Source of the DNA: Paraphysomonas bandaiensis
Lineage: Eukaryota; Protista; Chrysophyceae
Assembly: GCA_965644295.1 (NCBI GenBank)
Contig: CBFFRP010000291.1
Coordinates: forward strand, 1 to 64,000
DNA: 64,000 nucleotides
Reading direction: 5' to 3'
Numbering within the stretch: the stretch's first letter is position 1; each line of letters starts with the position of its first letter. Under the pieces are notes generated by a model. That model saw only the letters and a program-made list of their open reading frames with translations, did no database searches and was not told where the DNA came from. Shown here one piece after another: positions 46,429 to 58,029 of the stretch. The position numbers and the translations under genes were made by a program.

Positions 46429-48594
46429 TGCAACTAACATGTCAAAGACAATTAGCCTGTATTATACACATTACTCAGAAGCAAATAGTTGCTGTAATAT
46501 CATCACTACTTATACATATGTCGTTTATAGTCGCGGTGTATCAGCCGAGGCATAGACATTGATGGCATACACACGAGATTCTTATCATCGAAATAATAAA
46601 ATAATACCTGCTATCTTTTTCCTATTATGAAGAGGTACTACTTATCCAAAAAAAAACTTCTACAACAACTATTATATCGTAGTACCTAGAGTAAAGATAT
46701 TGTAAATCGACCAAACAAGCATGTTAATACACTACTACAAGAACCCCTCTGTGACCATGTGATGCTCAATTGCAAAATCACTGGTAGAATATTTAACATG
46801 GAAGTAAGAGTTGTGTTCTTTCTTTATATTCTTAGGTTTTACTATATTTAAGTAAAAGTTATTACACTATTCTGTGTGTATTACAATGGAAGCGAGCAAA
46901 CAAAAGTAGTTAATATATATTATTAGAAGTAACGTATAGAAGTACATGCAACTTACTAGAGTAAGAACGAATCTGCTCCTATACTACCACTAGCAATTAA
47001 TTGGCTGTATTAGAATATGGATCTTATTCTAGTATATTCAGGATGTCACTTGAAGATAATGTACGAGAATACAGTGATATATATATAGTGATGTACAAGT
47101 GCTCTGATGATATTGAGAAACTGAAATAGTTTGATCTTTCAAGATATGTTTAGTAACGAGAGGTTTACATATGTAGGAGATTATGCGTGGAACAAAATGA
47201 GTTTGTGTTGTTTATCATAACTTCGTGTAAACGATATTAATAAATCTCTCTAGTCTAACGATAAATTCTCTCTGAGATCTAGTTATAAATGAGCAATTTC
47301 CAACAGGCTGGCTGAAACCTATAGGTACTAGTAACAGGTATCAAACCATTTATCTGTTGGCTGTTACCATAGAACTTGGATTATTAATAACGCCGTCCTG
47401 TTAAACTAATAAAAAGGAACTACCCAATGAATATTCAGTTGGAAGAGGCTATTATATATGTGTAGATAATTATTAGAGTGAAACTGGGTTTTGAGAAGAT
47501 TGACGAAGCCGTCGCAAATATTATTGGGATTAGTTGTTGACTGGAGAACACTATTTCGTTGGCTGTTTGGACAAAAAGGAGTTGTTGCGCAACAAGTGTT
47601 GCTATGCTGTGGAGTCCAAGACAAATATTCCGACATTGATTTACAGCAGAGAATTAAGTGAAGCCTAATATTTGATGAATTACAGTTAATGAGATTGGGA
47701 TTCAGTTGTGTTGAATATATTTTTGTGGTGACAACATTGCTTGCAACGGCTAGATTAATTGAACAGTTATGAGGGCACCATGTAGCTTTAATACTGCTAA
47801 TAACAACTATACTTGTGACTTTTTCTTTATCTTTAACCTCTCAGATACAAATTACAGTAAAATAGTAACTCAATACTTATATATGAAACCTGGTGAAATT
47901 GCTTTACCAGGTTTCCGTATTACCTCGACTTAGTAGGTAATATATGCAAGCCCCATAATTCAACCTAGTTGTAACAAAAACTATTGCAACTGAGGGGTAC
48001 TCCGACTTCGCAGATGATCTTGTCCAACTATGCACCAAACTGTGTAAGAGTAGACTATCACCCACTAAGCTAAAGAACATCAACATAGGGAGGTTACTGC
48101 ATAATATATGATTAAAAGGTATATTACGAAAATTGTGCACTAATCTTGATGTTGGAGTCTTGTGATTAATCTTAAGTGAATCGTAGGGGTGATTTTGTTT
48201 AATTTAGAAAAGCTTAATCGTCGTCTGTAAACTTTTGCAACCGAGTGGATAAGAACAGCTTGATCAGGAAGGTGTTCAGGTACAATTTGCTAATGTGATT
48301 CGGGAATATTGTTCAAAAAGTAGATTTCCTTACATGCAGAAGTCTGGATTCAGCGCGTTATGGAATAAGAACTGAACCACACTGAAAAAGCACAGGTGCG
48401 ATGGTTTTTGGTAAATAATGTACCTGCAGGTGAAGGTGAATTTGATGAAGAGAAAGTAGATAATAAAAATACGAGGCCATTTGTTTACTTAAAGACAATC
48501 AACATCACCAGCAGAAAGTACGCACCAAACTGACAACACAATGTCGTTGTATAAAGTATTTTCGTAGCTGCCCACTCTCTAACTACTACGTGTA

Positions 48595-49095
48595 CCCTCG
48601 CAAGTTTTCGAGGTATTCTGGAGAATAAGAAGCGGAAATATTCTCGGAGAAACTAAGGTGAGACCCATATGTAGTCAGCAGATAATTTCTGCCCACTCAT
48701 AGCCAAAAATGCTTGTGGTACAAGGGGCACTCACATAAGTGTCACTTGTGTAGTCGTCTTTGGGCCTAGACGAAAAAGCAGGCATCCGGAAATGGGACCA
48801 CCTCAAGGGCATCCGGGGTATTGGGGCGCGTGCTGAAGTCAAAAATCCGGGCTGTTCAACTGAAGGACTTAAAAGTCCTGAATTTAATAGATGTCAGATG
48901 TCAGGCATATCAGCATTCTGCTTGCTCACTGCGTTTACTTCGATTAATAGAGCGAAAGTGGTTGCATCTTGGTGCTTGCGGTGACGCACACGCAGTTTTC
49001 GTAGCGTTAAATTGTAGGATATCAGGGTGAAATGCTAGTTAGTTAAATATTAGTTCTAACTCGTACACGCCAATTGCTAATAATAAGCCATTCAC
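48595..49095 (+). mobile_element. Same retroposon family, degenerate intermediate form
   Basis: Shares the head (gtcagcagata...tctgcccactcatagcc...gtcacttgtgtag...ggcatccgg) and the short-type tail (gcttgcggtgacgcac...gtagcgttaaat...attgctaataataagccattcact). Confidence 0.8.
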
Positions 49096-49103
49096 TGCTA
49101 ACG

Positions 49104-49215
49104 AGATAGACTCTTAAATACGCTGACTTTAATCTATCAATAGGACCATCTATGTGTTATAGATAGACTCTTAAATACGCTGACTTTAATCTATCAATAG
49201 GACCATCTATGTGTT
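49104..49215. repeat. Tandem duplication, 55-bp unit x2 (period 57)
   Basis: agatagactcttaaatacgctgactttaatctatcaataggaccatctatgtgtt occurs at 49104 and 49161. Confidence 0.9.
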
Positions 49216-50056
49216 TTTTCTAAGTAGGTTCTATTCGTTAATCTATTAGTTTAAACGGTGAACATTATATCCCCACAACTGCGTAATGTTTACTTTTTTT
49301 GGGATTGAAGTTTAGAATTACTCAGCTATAACAGATTATTAGGCATAGTAAATCAAACAGATTTAGTCTTGTAGCATGAGTGATAACACAGTATTAATCA
49401 CACATCACAATTAATCGTAGTGCTACAGACCATATCAGTCCTTACCTCCTCCAGTCGGGTATCTGCTATATTATAGACGGATGGATATATGCATAAGTGT
49501 TCAGTCTGTGAATACCACTTTAAAGGATCCCTAGTGGTCTCTTATGGGACAAACACACCGAGCAAGTGCAATGTGTTAACGTATGATAGGCTTACATGTG
49601 CAGTTTGTTGCATGCCAACACACACGGCGCTGGGTGGGATACTCCAGTAACTGTCTAAGAGTCATGTGGGGTTCGTATTGCTCGAGTTGTTATGTGGCTG
49701 ATAACTGCTTCAGCTTTCATAATGATTGTTCCCAGTTGCATCTATTGGAAGCATATATATATATATAGATGTGTGTGCTGCACAGCTTAAGTCTACACAC
49801 TGTGTATATGTATGTGTCCATATGACCAGTCTATTTTATACTTAAAAATATGGATTTTTAGTGAAAATTCACACTTTTATTCCTAGTACTCCAAACTCTG
49901 TATATGAATTCTAGAGTAGATTGTCGCATCCGAAGGGTTTAAAACTGGAGTTTATGTTCTAGATTATACTACTGTACACAGCAGTAGGAGATCGTCAAGT
50001 GGAAATCCTCCTATAGATACATACAGGAGGATATATACACACACTGACGCACACAT

Positions 50057-50736
50057 ATGACGGCAGCAGTGAAGCGTATATGTCTCCTATTCTATACATT
50101 ATCCAACTATGAACCACGACCCTGTTTATATGACTGTATGAGGTAATGAAGTGGGCACAAAGTATGGATGATATTTATAAGTTTAATCCTCTGTGTCGAC
50201 GTAGCGCTCTGTGCTATCATGTGGTGTTTCATTACTCCATTGAAATACAAATCAATCATCTAATATTCTTACATACATATATTCTTGGGTTATTTATGGT
50301 AGCCTGTTGTGGTGGTTTCATAGCTGTACTTGGTGTGATGTTTCCTTTGGTTATTTATTCACTCATTGTAATTAGACCGTTAGTCTGCTTCATTATGTAC
50401 GTTACATGGTTATGTGGCTTGGCTATTTTGGGTTATATACTTGATGATATCCTGCGTGATGTATTTTTATTGAACTCATGGCAACTACTCTTATCTGGAG
50501 TTGGGGTTGTTCTAATAAGCTTTGCCTGTCAGCTTCTAGGGCATTATTATCATGAAGAATATGCAGCACCGCCAAATCTTATTCATGGATTCATTGCGGC
50601 GCCTATTCTAGAGTACCAGCTGTTGTTGATGAGAGTTGGTTTAGCAGATCAGAATATGCTTGCCAGCATTGTTGTGGAAGCTACATCGCAGCGATCACGT
50701 TTATCACAGAAAATGAGTACAGTTGTAGACAGGTAG
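50057..50736 (+). CDS. Mpo1/DUF962-like membrane protein
   Basis: Hydrophobic helices with His motifs YHVVFH...INHLIF and QLLGHYYHEEYAAP. Probable intron 50143-50203 links to an ATG at 50057. Confidence 0.6.
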
Positions 50737-52458
50737 TTATTACTAGATTACTTCATTCATTACATCATTGTATTGATTCCGTTAAATTTATGTTCTTCGC
50801 TTCAGTAGTGCATTCTGCTATTCGAGATAATAAAAAATAAGTGCATTATTGGGCGAAGAGAATCATTTGAATATACGGAAGACGCATTGCAGCGAGCTCT
50901 GGGAGGAATATCATTATGCGCATACATCATTCTATGTTTAGTTAAGATATGCGATATATTTGAATGACTTAGAACTATAAACTATGGGATTTGTCTCGTC
51001 AAGACAATAAATGCTTCGAACAAGTCAATTCTAGTTAACAAACTATTCACGAATTGATCGCATATGATGCGTACCTAATACAGGATAATGAGGACACAGA
51101 AACATAGCTTAAATAGAGTACTCAACAACTATGGCACAGGGGAATATAGAATGAAGATAGATGGTATCGTTATGTCAACTGTCCAAGTAAGTCGGTAGTA
51201 TCAGCTGTTGACATTTGACCCGTAGAAATATGTAAAAGAGTTCTGAAACATCACATTCGTCATGATTAGAATGTGTTAGATAATATACTTGAATTGTGAT
51301 AGTCATTTCTCGTCATTCCCTACATCTGTCAATTAATAATTAACGGTCTTAGATTGTCGCGACGTTACATAGTCACAGTATGTCAGTTTATCCAGTATGT
51401 TATATGTTATATATATTTCGTATTTCATACATTTCATTAAAGGCATATAATACTGTCCTTAACTACAGTATTATTCAACAGCGGTTATATTTCAAAACTA
51501 TTGAACTACAACAATTAACCACTTATCCATAAGCAACACTCAACCCATTGTCTCTATTCAATGCTGCTAGTTACTCCTTCATACCTGGAGATATAATTAC
51601 TCAACCAAGAAAGTGGACAAACTAGTGAATGACTCCAACATTTTCAACATCACTATTTCGCTGTTCTACATAATATAGACATATTTTCTCTAATTACGTC
51701 CTTCGAACTTTGAAAGTGGAACTCCGATTTTATCCTTCAAAATAATAACCAATAAGAGAATGATAATAATTACATGTGGAAGCAGCGTTAACAGCACTGA
51801 ATATTCCTCGACACCCCAAGAAACTAAAGCATACATCACCAGCTATGTAACTGTAACTTCGTCGAGAGCTCCCTTCCCACAGTCCATCTATATATATGTA
51901 TATCCAGCTGACATGACATATGAAGAGCATAACACTCCTCGTATTCGGAATCTATTCATCTCATTGTTGTAATAATTGTCCAGCATATACTGATGCTAAT
52001 CCTTGAGACACATCGTTCATACTCTGTTAGTCATACAGACAGACATACACAGTCGTTGAGCCCCCGTATTCGTCTCACTATATCATCTTAACGGCTCATA
52101 CATCTCTCTTGCTCCGTTCAGTGCCTCTAAACATCATCTCATAGGGGGGTACACCTCATTGGTAATGACCATGAGCAGGGAGTCATGCCACTGATGCTAT
52201 AAGATCCAGTATACATACATGTGTGTGTTATGTGGAGATCAGCCATATCCACCATATCATGAAGACTACATCCATTATACACTACGGTATTCTGGGAACA
52301 CATGACCCTGCTATACCATACCATGCCAGTGGTGTGTTGTATACAGCATATACACACACTATATAATAGAATGCTGTGTGCCGTACCTTCCTACTGCTGC
52401 ACTATGTACATATAGAGACCTACGGTATTATATGGTACAGAGTACCACAGCAGCACAT

Positions 52459-52493
<35 letters not shown>

Positions 52494-52541
52494 GACATAC
52501 ACAACATCACTCTGCTGACTTCCATCGAGTGATATAATAGT

Positions 52542-54024
52542 ATGTTTGCTTCACGAAGATTAGGGTTAAGCCTGGCAGGTGCTCGTAGGCTCCCAAAGAT
52601 CGCCTATACCTACAATGCCCCAAGATATTTCGCCAGTTTCAGTATTCTAGATGGTAGGAGATGCGACTGTTATCTTAATATCTCATGTGCTAATCAATAA
52701 AATCAAGTTGATGATGCGGAAATATGGCCTCGATCTCATACGAATTATATCTTAAATATATGTGCGAAGGTTTGTTATTGTTTGTATGTATGGCTCATAG
52801 GGGTCCTTATGATGGATGGATGTATATACAGGGGGAGGTTATGGTTATTGAGAGATTGGGGCAGCTTCATAAAGTTCAAACGGGTGGATTCTTTTTTGCG
52901 ATTCCCTTTATTGACAATATTCGTTTTTGCATTGATATGAGAGAGAGATCCTTGAGTGTGGAGCCACAGTCGTGTATCACGAAGGACAATGTTCACGTTC
53001 AAGTGAGTGGCAACCTCTACTGCCAGTTCACTGACCCTGAAAAAGCTGCTTATGGAGCCAAAAATCCATTATATGCGGTAAGAAAATAAACGTATTGTCC
53101 AGTTCATTTGTCATTTCTGTTGGCAGGTGAAGCAGCATGCACAATCATCGATGCGAGCAGCAATAGGTATACTCATCATTGCGTCCCCCAATCAAATTTT
53201 GTGACATGTCATCTGTAGGCGAACTAGAACTAGACCAGATACTGCACGACCGTGTCCATCTTAATCACTCAATTCGAAGCACAGTGCAGGTATGTGTATC
53301 CACCGGTGTGTAGAGTGGACACACTACCTATGGATTAAATATGTTTCTTGTAATGCGTGCTATACAGGAGGCAGCAGTTAACTGGGGCATGGAGATCAAA
53401 CGATATGAAATTACTGAGGTAATGCCCGATGCCCACATTATAGATGCAATGGACAAGCAAGCCGCCGCAGAGAGAGAGCGCAGGAAAGCGGTGTGTATTT
53501 ACACTTTTTCTTTAGCATGAGTACGTAATACCGGTGCATAGGTACTTGAAGCAGAAGGAAGGAAGCGCACGCTTGAGCTTGAGTCAGAGGGTCGGAAGAT
53601 TCAGATGTCAAACGAGAGTGAAGGTCATCTGATCAAGGTTAAGAATGAGGCGGAGGCACAGAAGGAGAAGCTCATCAGAGAGGCCGAAGGAGAGGCCCAT
53701 GCTATCCGGCAGAAAGCCTTAGCACAAGCCCAAGCTATTCTTGAGGTGGCTGATGCGCTCACAAAAGGAGGTGCCACTGAGAGGGCTGCACAGATGAATA
53801 TCGCCAGAGAGGTAAGGTGTCCTCGCGGAAATGCTCTGATACCTACATATGAATTTGTTTAACATCCTTCTGTACAGTATATTTCTATGTATGCGGATAT
53901 TGGACAGAAGAGCAACACTATGATATTTTCAGACAGACCAGCTGATGTAAACGCGCTTTTGGCTCAGGCTTCGGCAGTTTTAAATTCCCAGAAGAACGGT
54001 GGAGATAGCTCTAATAACAACTAG
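52542..54024 (+). CDS. STOML2: Stomatin-like protein 2 (SPFH/Band 7), probably mitochondrial, multi-exon
   Basis: Arg-rich presequence MFASRRLGLSLAGARRL; VIERLG...FAIPFIDNIR, QSCITKDNVHVQVSG, AQSSMRAAIGELELD, WGMEIKRYEI, MDKQAAAERERR. Confidence 0.88.
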
Positions 54025-54157
54025 ATTGGCTAGATCTTTAGAGTTGACACCACACTCTTCGGACGAGTAATAAAAAGTGTTTGCATTTTGAACAATACAG
54101 TTTAAGAACAAGCATTGAGGGGAATATATGTTTTAGTTATGTTGTAATCTTAGAAGT

Positions 54158-54750
54158 AGTGAATGTCTTATTATTAGCAATAGGCGTTTAAGAGTCAATA
54201 CTTAACTCTGATATCCTACTATTTAACGCTACGAAATCTGCTTGTGCGTCACCGCAAGCATCAAGGTGCAGCCACTTCACACACACACAACATATTATTT
54301 ATTTTTTATATAATTTTAAAGCCCTGTTTACAGAGGGCGTAATATGAAACGAAAGCGAAATGTTAGATGAAAAGAAAGAAGATTGATTTTTTTCGTCGTC
54401 GTTGTGAGTATTGTGTAGGTCTTTCGCTCTATCACCCAAAGCAAACGCAGTGAGCAAGCAGAATGTTGATATACCTGACATCTGCTGACTTCAGGATTAT
54501 TGAGTTCTTCAGGTGAACTGCCCGGATGCTTGACTTCAGCGGGCAGCCCAATACCCCGGATGCCTGTTTATTCGTCAAGGCCCAAAGACTTCTACACAAG
54601 TGACACTTATATGAGCGTCCCTAGTACCACACAAGCATTAGGCTATGAGGGGGCAGAACTATATTTGCTGACTATATACGCGGCTCACGTTAGTTTCCTG
54701 GAAAAGTATCTCCGGTACTAATCCCCAGAATATCACGTCTTTGTTGAGGG
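54158..54750 (-). mobile_element. Same retroposon family, intermediate form with a ~140-bp internal insertion
   Basis: Starts CCCTCAACAAAG at 54750; head and short-type tail are present; unrelated sequence at ~54279-54420. Confidence 0.8.
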
Positions 54751-54924
54751 ATAATATTAATATTATTGGAAACCATCATAGCACCTGATATCAGTTAGAT
54801 TGAAGTCATATACATTTTGATAAAAATGTTTCTTGATAAAAAGTAAAGAATACCAGAATGTAGAAACTACTAAAGGCGTTTAATTTACAAAGTAGAAATC
54901 GTATATCCTTGATAGAGTAAATGT

Positions 54925-55015
54925 CTGTTTATTTAGCAATAGACGTTCAAGAGTCAGATCCGATTTAACGCTACGAGATTGCTCATATGTCGCCGCAAGC
55001 ACCAAGGTGCGACCA
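54925..55015 (-). mobile_element. 3'-tail-only fragment of the retroposon family
   Basis: Reverse complement reads gcaccttggtgcttgcggcgac...cgtagcgttaaatc...cgtctattgctaaat. Confidence 0.65.
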
Positions 55016-55129
55016 TTATTCTCGCTATATTCATAGATGTTTACGTAGTTATACAACGTACAGCATGACAAGTGAAAGCAGTGATCTAAGTCTACTACCA
55101 CACTGGAACGCTTAAGATTACACATACAT

Positions 55130-55400
55130 TTGGTGCAATTTCCATCAGAGACTGCCTTATGTGCCTCACGGCAGGTACCAGGAGAAACAGCAATATACCC
55201 TTCTGAGTTTGGCAATGCTGCTCGGCATACAGGTAGATTCTCCAGAAGGTTCTCCTGATGGTAGACACGTTGGGGAACTACTCGGGGAAGTAGGGTAGCT
55301 GCTTGGTACACTATTCGGGGAAGTAGGGTAGCTGCTTGGTACACTATTCGGGGAAGTAGGGTTGCTACTGCATTCTGGAGAAACTACCTTCCCTTGGTAG
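55130..55400 (-). pseudogene. Relic of a PT/PS-stalk surface-protein gene
   Basis: Minus strand translates to ECSSNPTSPNSVPSSYPTSPNSVPSSYPTSPSSSPTCLPSGEPSGESTCMPSS, followed in another frame by a Cys-containing piece (CREAHKAVSDGNCTKC). No start or signal peptide. Confidence 0.55.
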
Positions 55401-57040
55401 TGGTATATAGTGAGATGGTGTGTAGTGGTATATAGTGGGATGGTATTTGGGTGTATATAGTGAAATGGTATAGTGGTATAATATAGTGAGGTGGTATATA
55501 GTGATGTATAGTGAGATAGTATATGGGTGTATAGTGAGATAGTATAGTGATGTATAGTTAGATGGTATAGTGGTATATAGTGGTATATAGTGAGATGGTA
55601 TAGTGAGTGGTATAGTATAGTGAGATGTGGTATAGTGATGCATAGTAATATGCTATATGGGTGTTTAGAGTGATATTGAAAATCTGATTATTAAGAAGCG
55701 CAAGCTTGTGCGTTGCCGCGACCAACCTAACAACTCGCGCGACACTATGCATAACATGACTCTCATCTAGTTACTATTGCATGCACCGACAAGTGCTCAA
55801 CTATACAACACGATTTAGTTAGCTACATGGGCATACGACGAGTTGCGTGTTTAAGCCGGATCATACGCTCCTGCCCAATCTACTTGTCCTAACACAAACA
55901 ACTTGCGGTCGGTGTCTTCGGCATATGTCTCCTGTATATGCGGCAGATCTTTAGGGCCCTCTTCAAGGTGGTGTTCACAGCAGCAGGTAGTCTGGAAGGG
56001 AGAATAAAGTAGCTATAGCGCCGGGTCCTCCCACGGTCACGAAGCGGTCTCACTGGTGCAATTTTGCACACTGACGCATGAAACAGACATCTACCAAAAT
56101 CTGTTACAAATTCAAGCTGACTCCAATGTCTTCCCTCCATTGTGTGCACTCGTCCAGCACATGCATCCACCTTGCACTCTTCTCCCGAGTGACTTACACT
56201 AGTATAGGAAACCGTGCACCTTCCCCGCTCGGATGAAAACCTACTAAGCAAGAATAACATAAAAGCACCACAAATGTACCTGACACTGCTTGGAGAACAG
56301 TGCCAGAGCCTTGATATAATCTCAATGACCTGGGTCAGGAGAAACCAAGACTAGGCAGTAGACGTGTGAGAAGACATGACAGGTCTAATCACATCATTGC
56401 CATTGCCATGCATCCATGAGGAAAGTTTGACGCATTACCTCGGTCATTGGCCGGCCACACAGATACCGAATAATGTGAACTCATACTCAGCATCAATCAC
56501 TCAAAGCAAACGCAGGGAGCAAGCAGAATGTTGATATACCTGACATCTGCTGACTTCAGGTGTTTTGAGTTCTTAAGGTGAACATCCCGGATGCTTAACT
56601 TCAGCAGGCAGCCCAATACCCCGGTTACCCTTCTGGTGGGCCCTGTCCCGGATGCCCTTGAGGTGGGCCCATTCCCGGATGCCTGTTTATTCGTCAGGGC
56701 CCAAAGACGTCTACACAAGTGACACTTATTAGTGTCCCTTGTACCACACAAGCATTTGGCTATGAGTGGGCAGAACAATATATCTGCTGACTATATAATA
56801 TGCGGCTCACGTTAGTTTCCCGGAGAAATATCTCCGGTACTTATCCCCCAGAACACCACGAAAAGGTGCGAGTCCGACTTTGTTGAGGGTGTTTAGAGTG
56901 AGATGGTATGTGGGTGTATTTGAGATGGTATAGTGTAGTGTTTAGTGAGATGGTAAAGTGGTGTATAGTGAGATGATGGTATAGTGGTGTTTAGTGAGAT
57001 GATAAAGTAGTGGTGTATAGTGATATGGTTATAGTTCATA
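55399..57040. repeat. Degenerate GT-rich simple repeat (gtggtatatagtgagatg-like), split by the retroposon insertion
   Basis: Same motif at 55399-55673 and 56890-57040, on both sides of the element. Confidence 0.8.
55674..56889 (-). mobile_element. Same retroposon family, full-length long form (~1.2 kb) with 12-bp TSD
   Basis: Starts CCCTCAACAAAG at 56889; tgtttagagtga at 55662-55673 and 56890-56901; no RT or transposase ORF. Confidence 0.88.
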
Positions 57041-57694
57041 CTTGTGAACTGTATAATGTAATGTATATGTATGTGTAGTCGGTGCCTTTTATATCTGTAA
57101 AACTGAAGTAATATGGAAGAAATTAGTAAAACATATTATAGATAATACTTTTCACACTGTTATTATCTTCATAGTAACTTATTGTGCATAGTTATACCCT
57201 TTTCCAACCATCATCGAAAAAGTTCACCAGGGTTTATACATTTCACCAGGTTTTGGTATTACCTCGACTTTAGGCGTTGTGCCAAGTGGCTCGGAGGTAT
57301 TATGTGGATGAATGTCTCTTGAAAAATGTTTTGATCTACTGTGGACTGTGGAGAAGCGTCAGACTTTTGCTGTCTTAGCCAGTAGCAGAGAACACATGAA
57401 AGAAAAGGGACATTTGGACACTAGTGGGTATATCTCTGCTACAAGTGTTGAATTACGTAATGTAAAATACTTTTGGTTTCTATTAACACTCTCGAGTATC
57501 GGAATCAAAGACGAGCAGCACCAAACGGAAGCATTTTAGTTAAATACAAGACGATATTTTCAATGCAGACATCAGACATAGGTACATAGGACATAGTTAG
57601 TTTCTTCATTATGATCAAGATGCTATTTTCAGATGGTGGAAGGGTAGTGCGGTCATGCGGGGAAAAACATTGCATATAGAGATTAATCAGAGCT

Positions 57695-57954
57695 TACAGT
57701 AAACGAGTTCCATTTCAGGGGAAATATGAGTTTTTCAAATGCTGGATTTATATACTGACAGCATATATTGCTAAGCTAAATTAATTATTGACATGCTGAT
57801 GCAATGCTCTTTGACGAATGAGAATACAGTAAACGAGTTCCATTTCAGGGGAAATATGAGTTTTTCAAATGCTGGATTTATATACTGACAGCATATATTG
57901 CTAAGCTAAATTAATTATTGACATGCTGATGCAATGCTCTTTGACGAATGAGAA
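57695..57954. repeat. Exact tandem duplication, 130-bp unit x2
   Basis: tacagtaaacgagttccatttcagggg...gacgaatgagaa occurs at 57695 and 57825. Confidence 0.93.
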
Positions 57955-58029
57955 GGCTGTATGGAGATAACGACAGCAACACATATATAAACTACAAATA
58001 AAAAACAAAGAATACTGACTGTGCACCAT

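Noticed and set aside
46430-48590. Possible genes in the AT-rich region after receptor B
   Set aside because: Only short ORFs without recognisable motifs; treated as intergenic or decayed sequence.
55889-56260. Short ORF shared by the two long retroposon copies (also 20206-20454)
   Set aside because: No RT, endonuclease or transposase motifs; stop positions differ between copies. Similarity is explained by DNA homology.
56866-56876. B-box-like GGTGCGAGTCC suggesting a tRNA-derived SINE
   Set aside because: It is antisense to the element orientation deduced from 5' truncation and tail, mismatches the GTTC core, and has no cloverleaf or correctly spaced A box.
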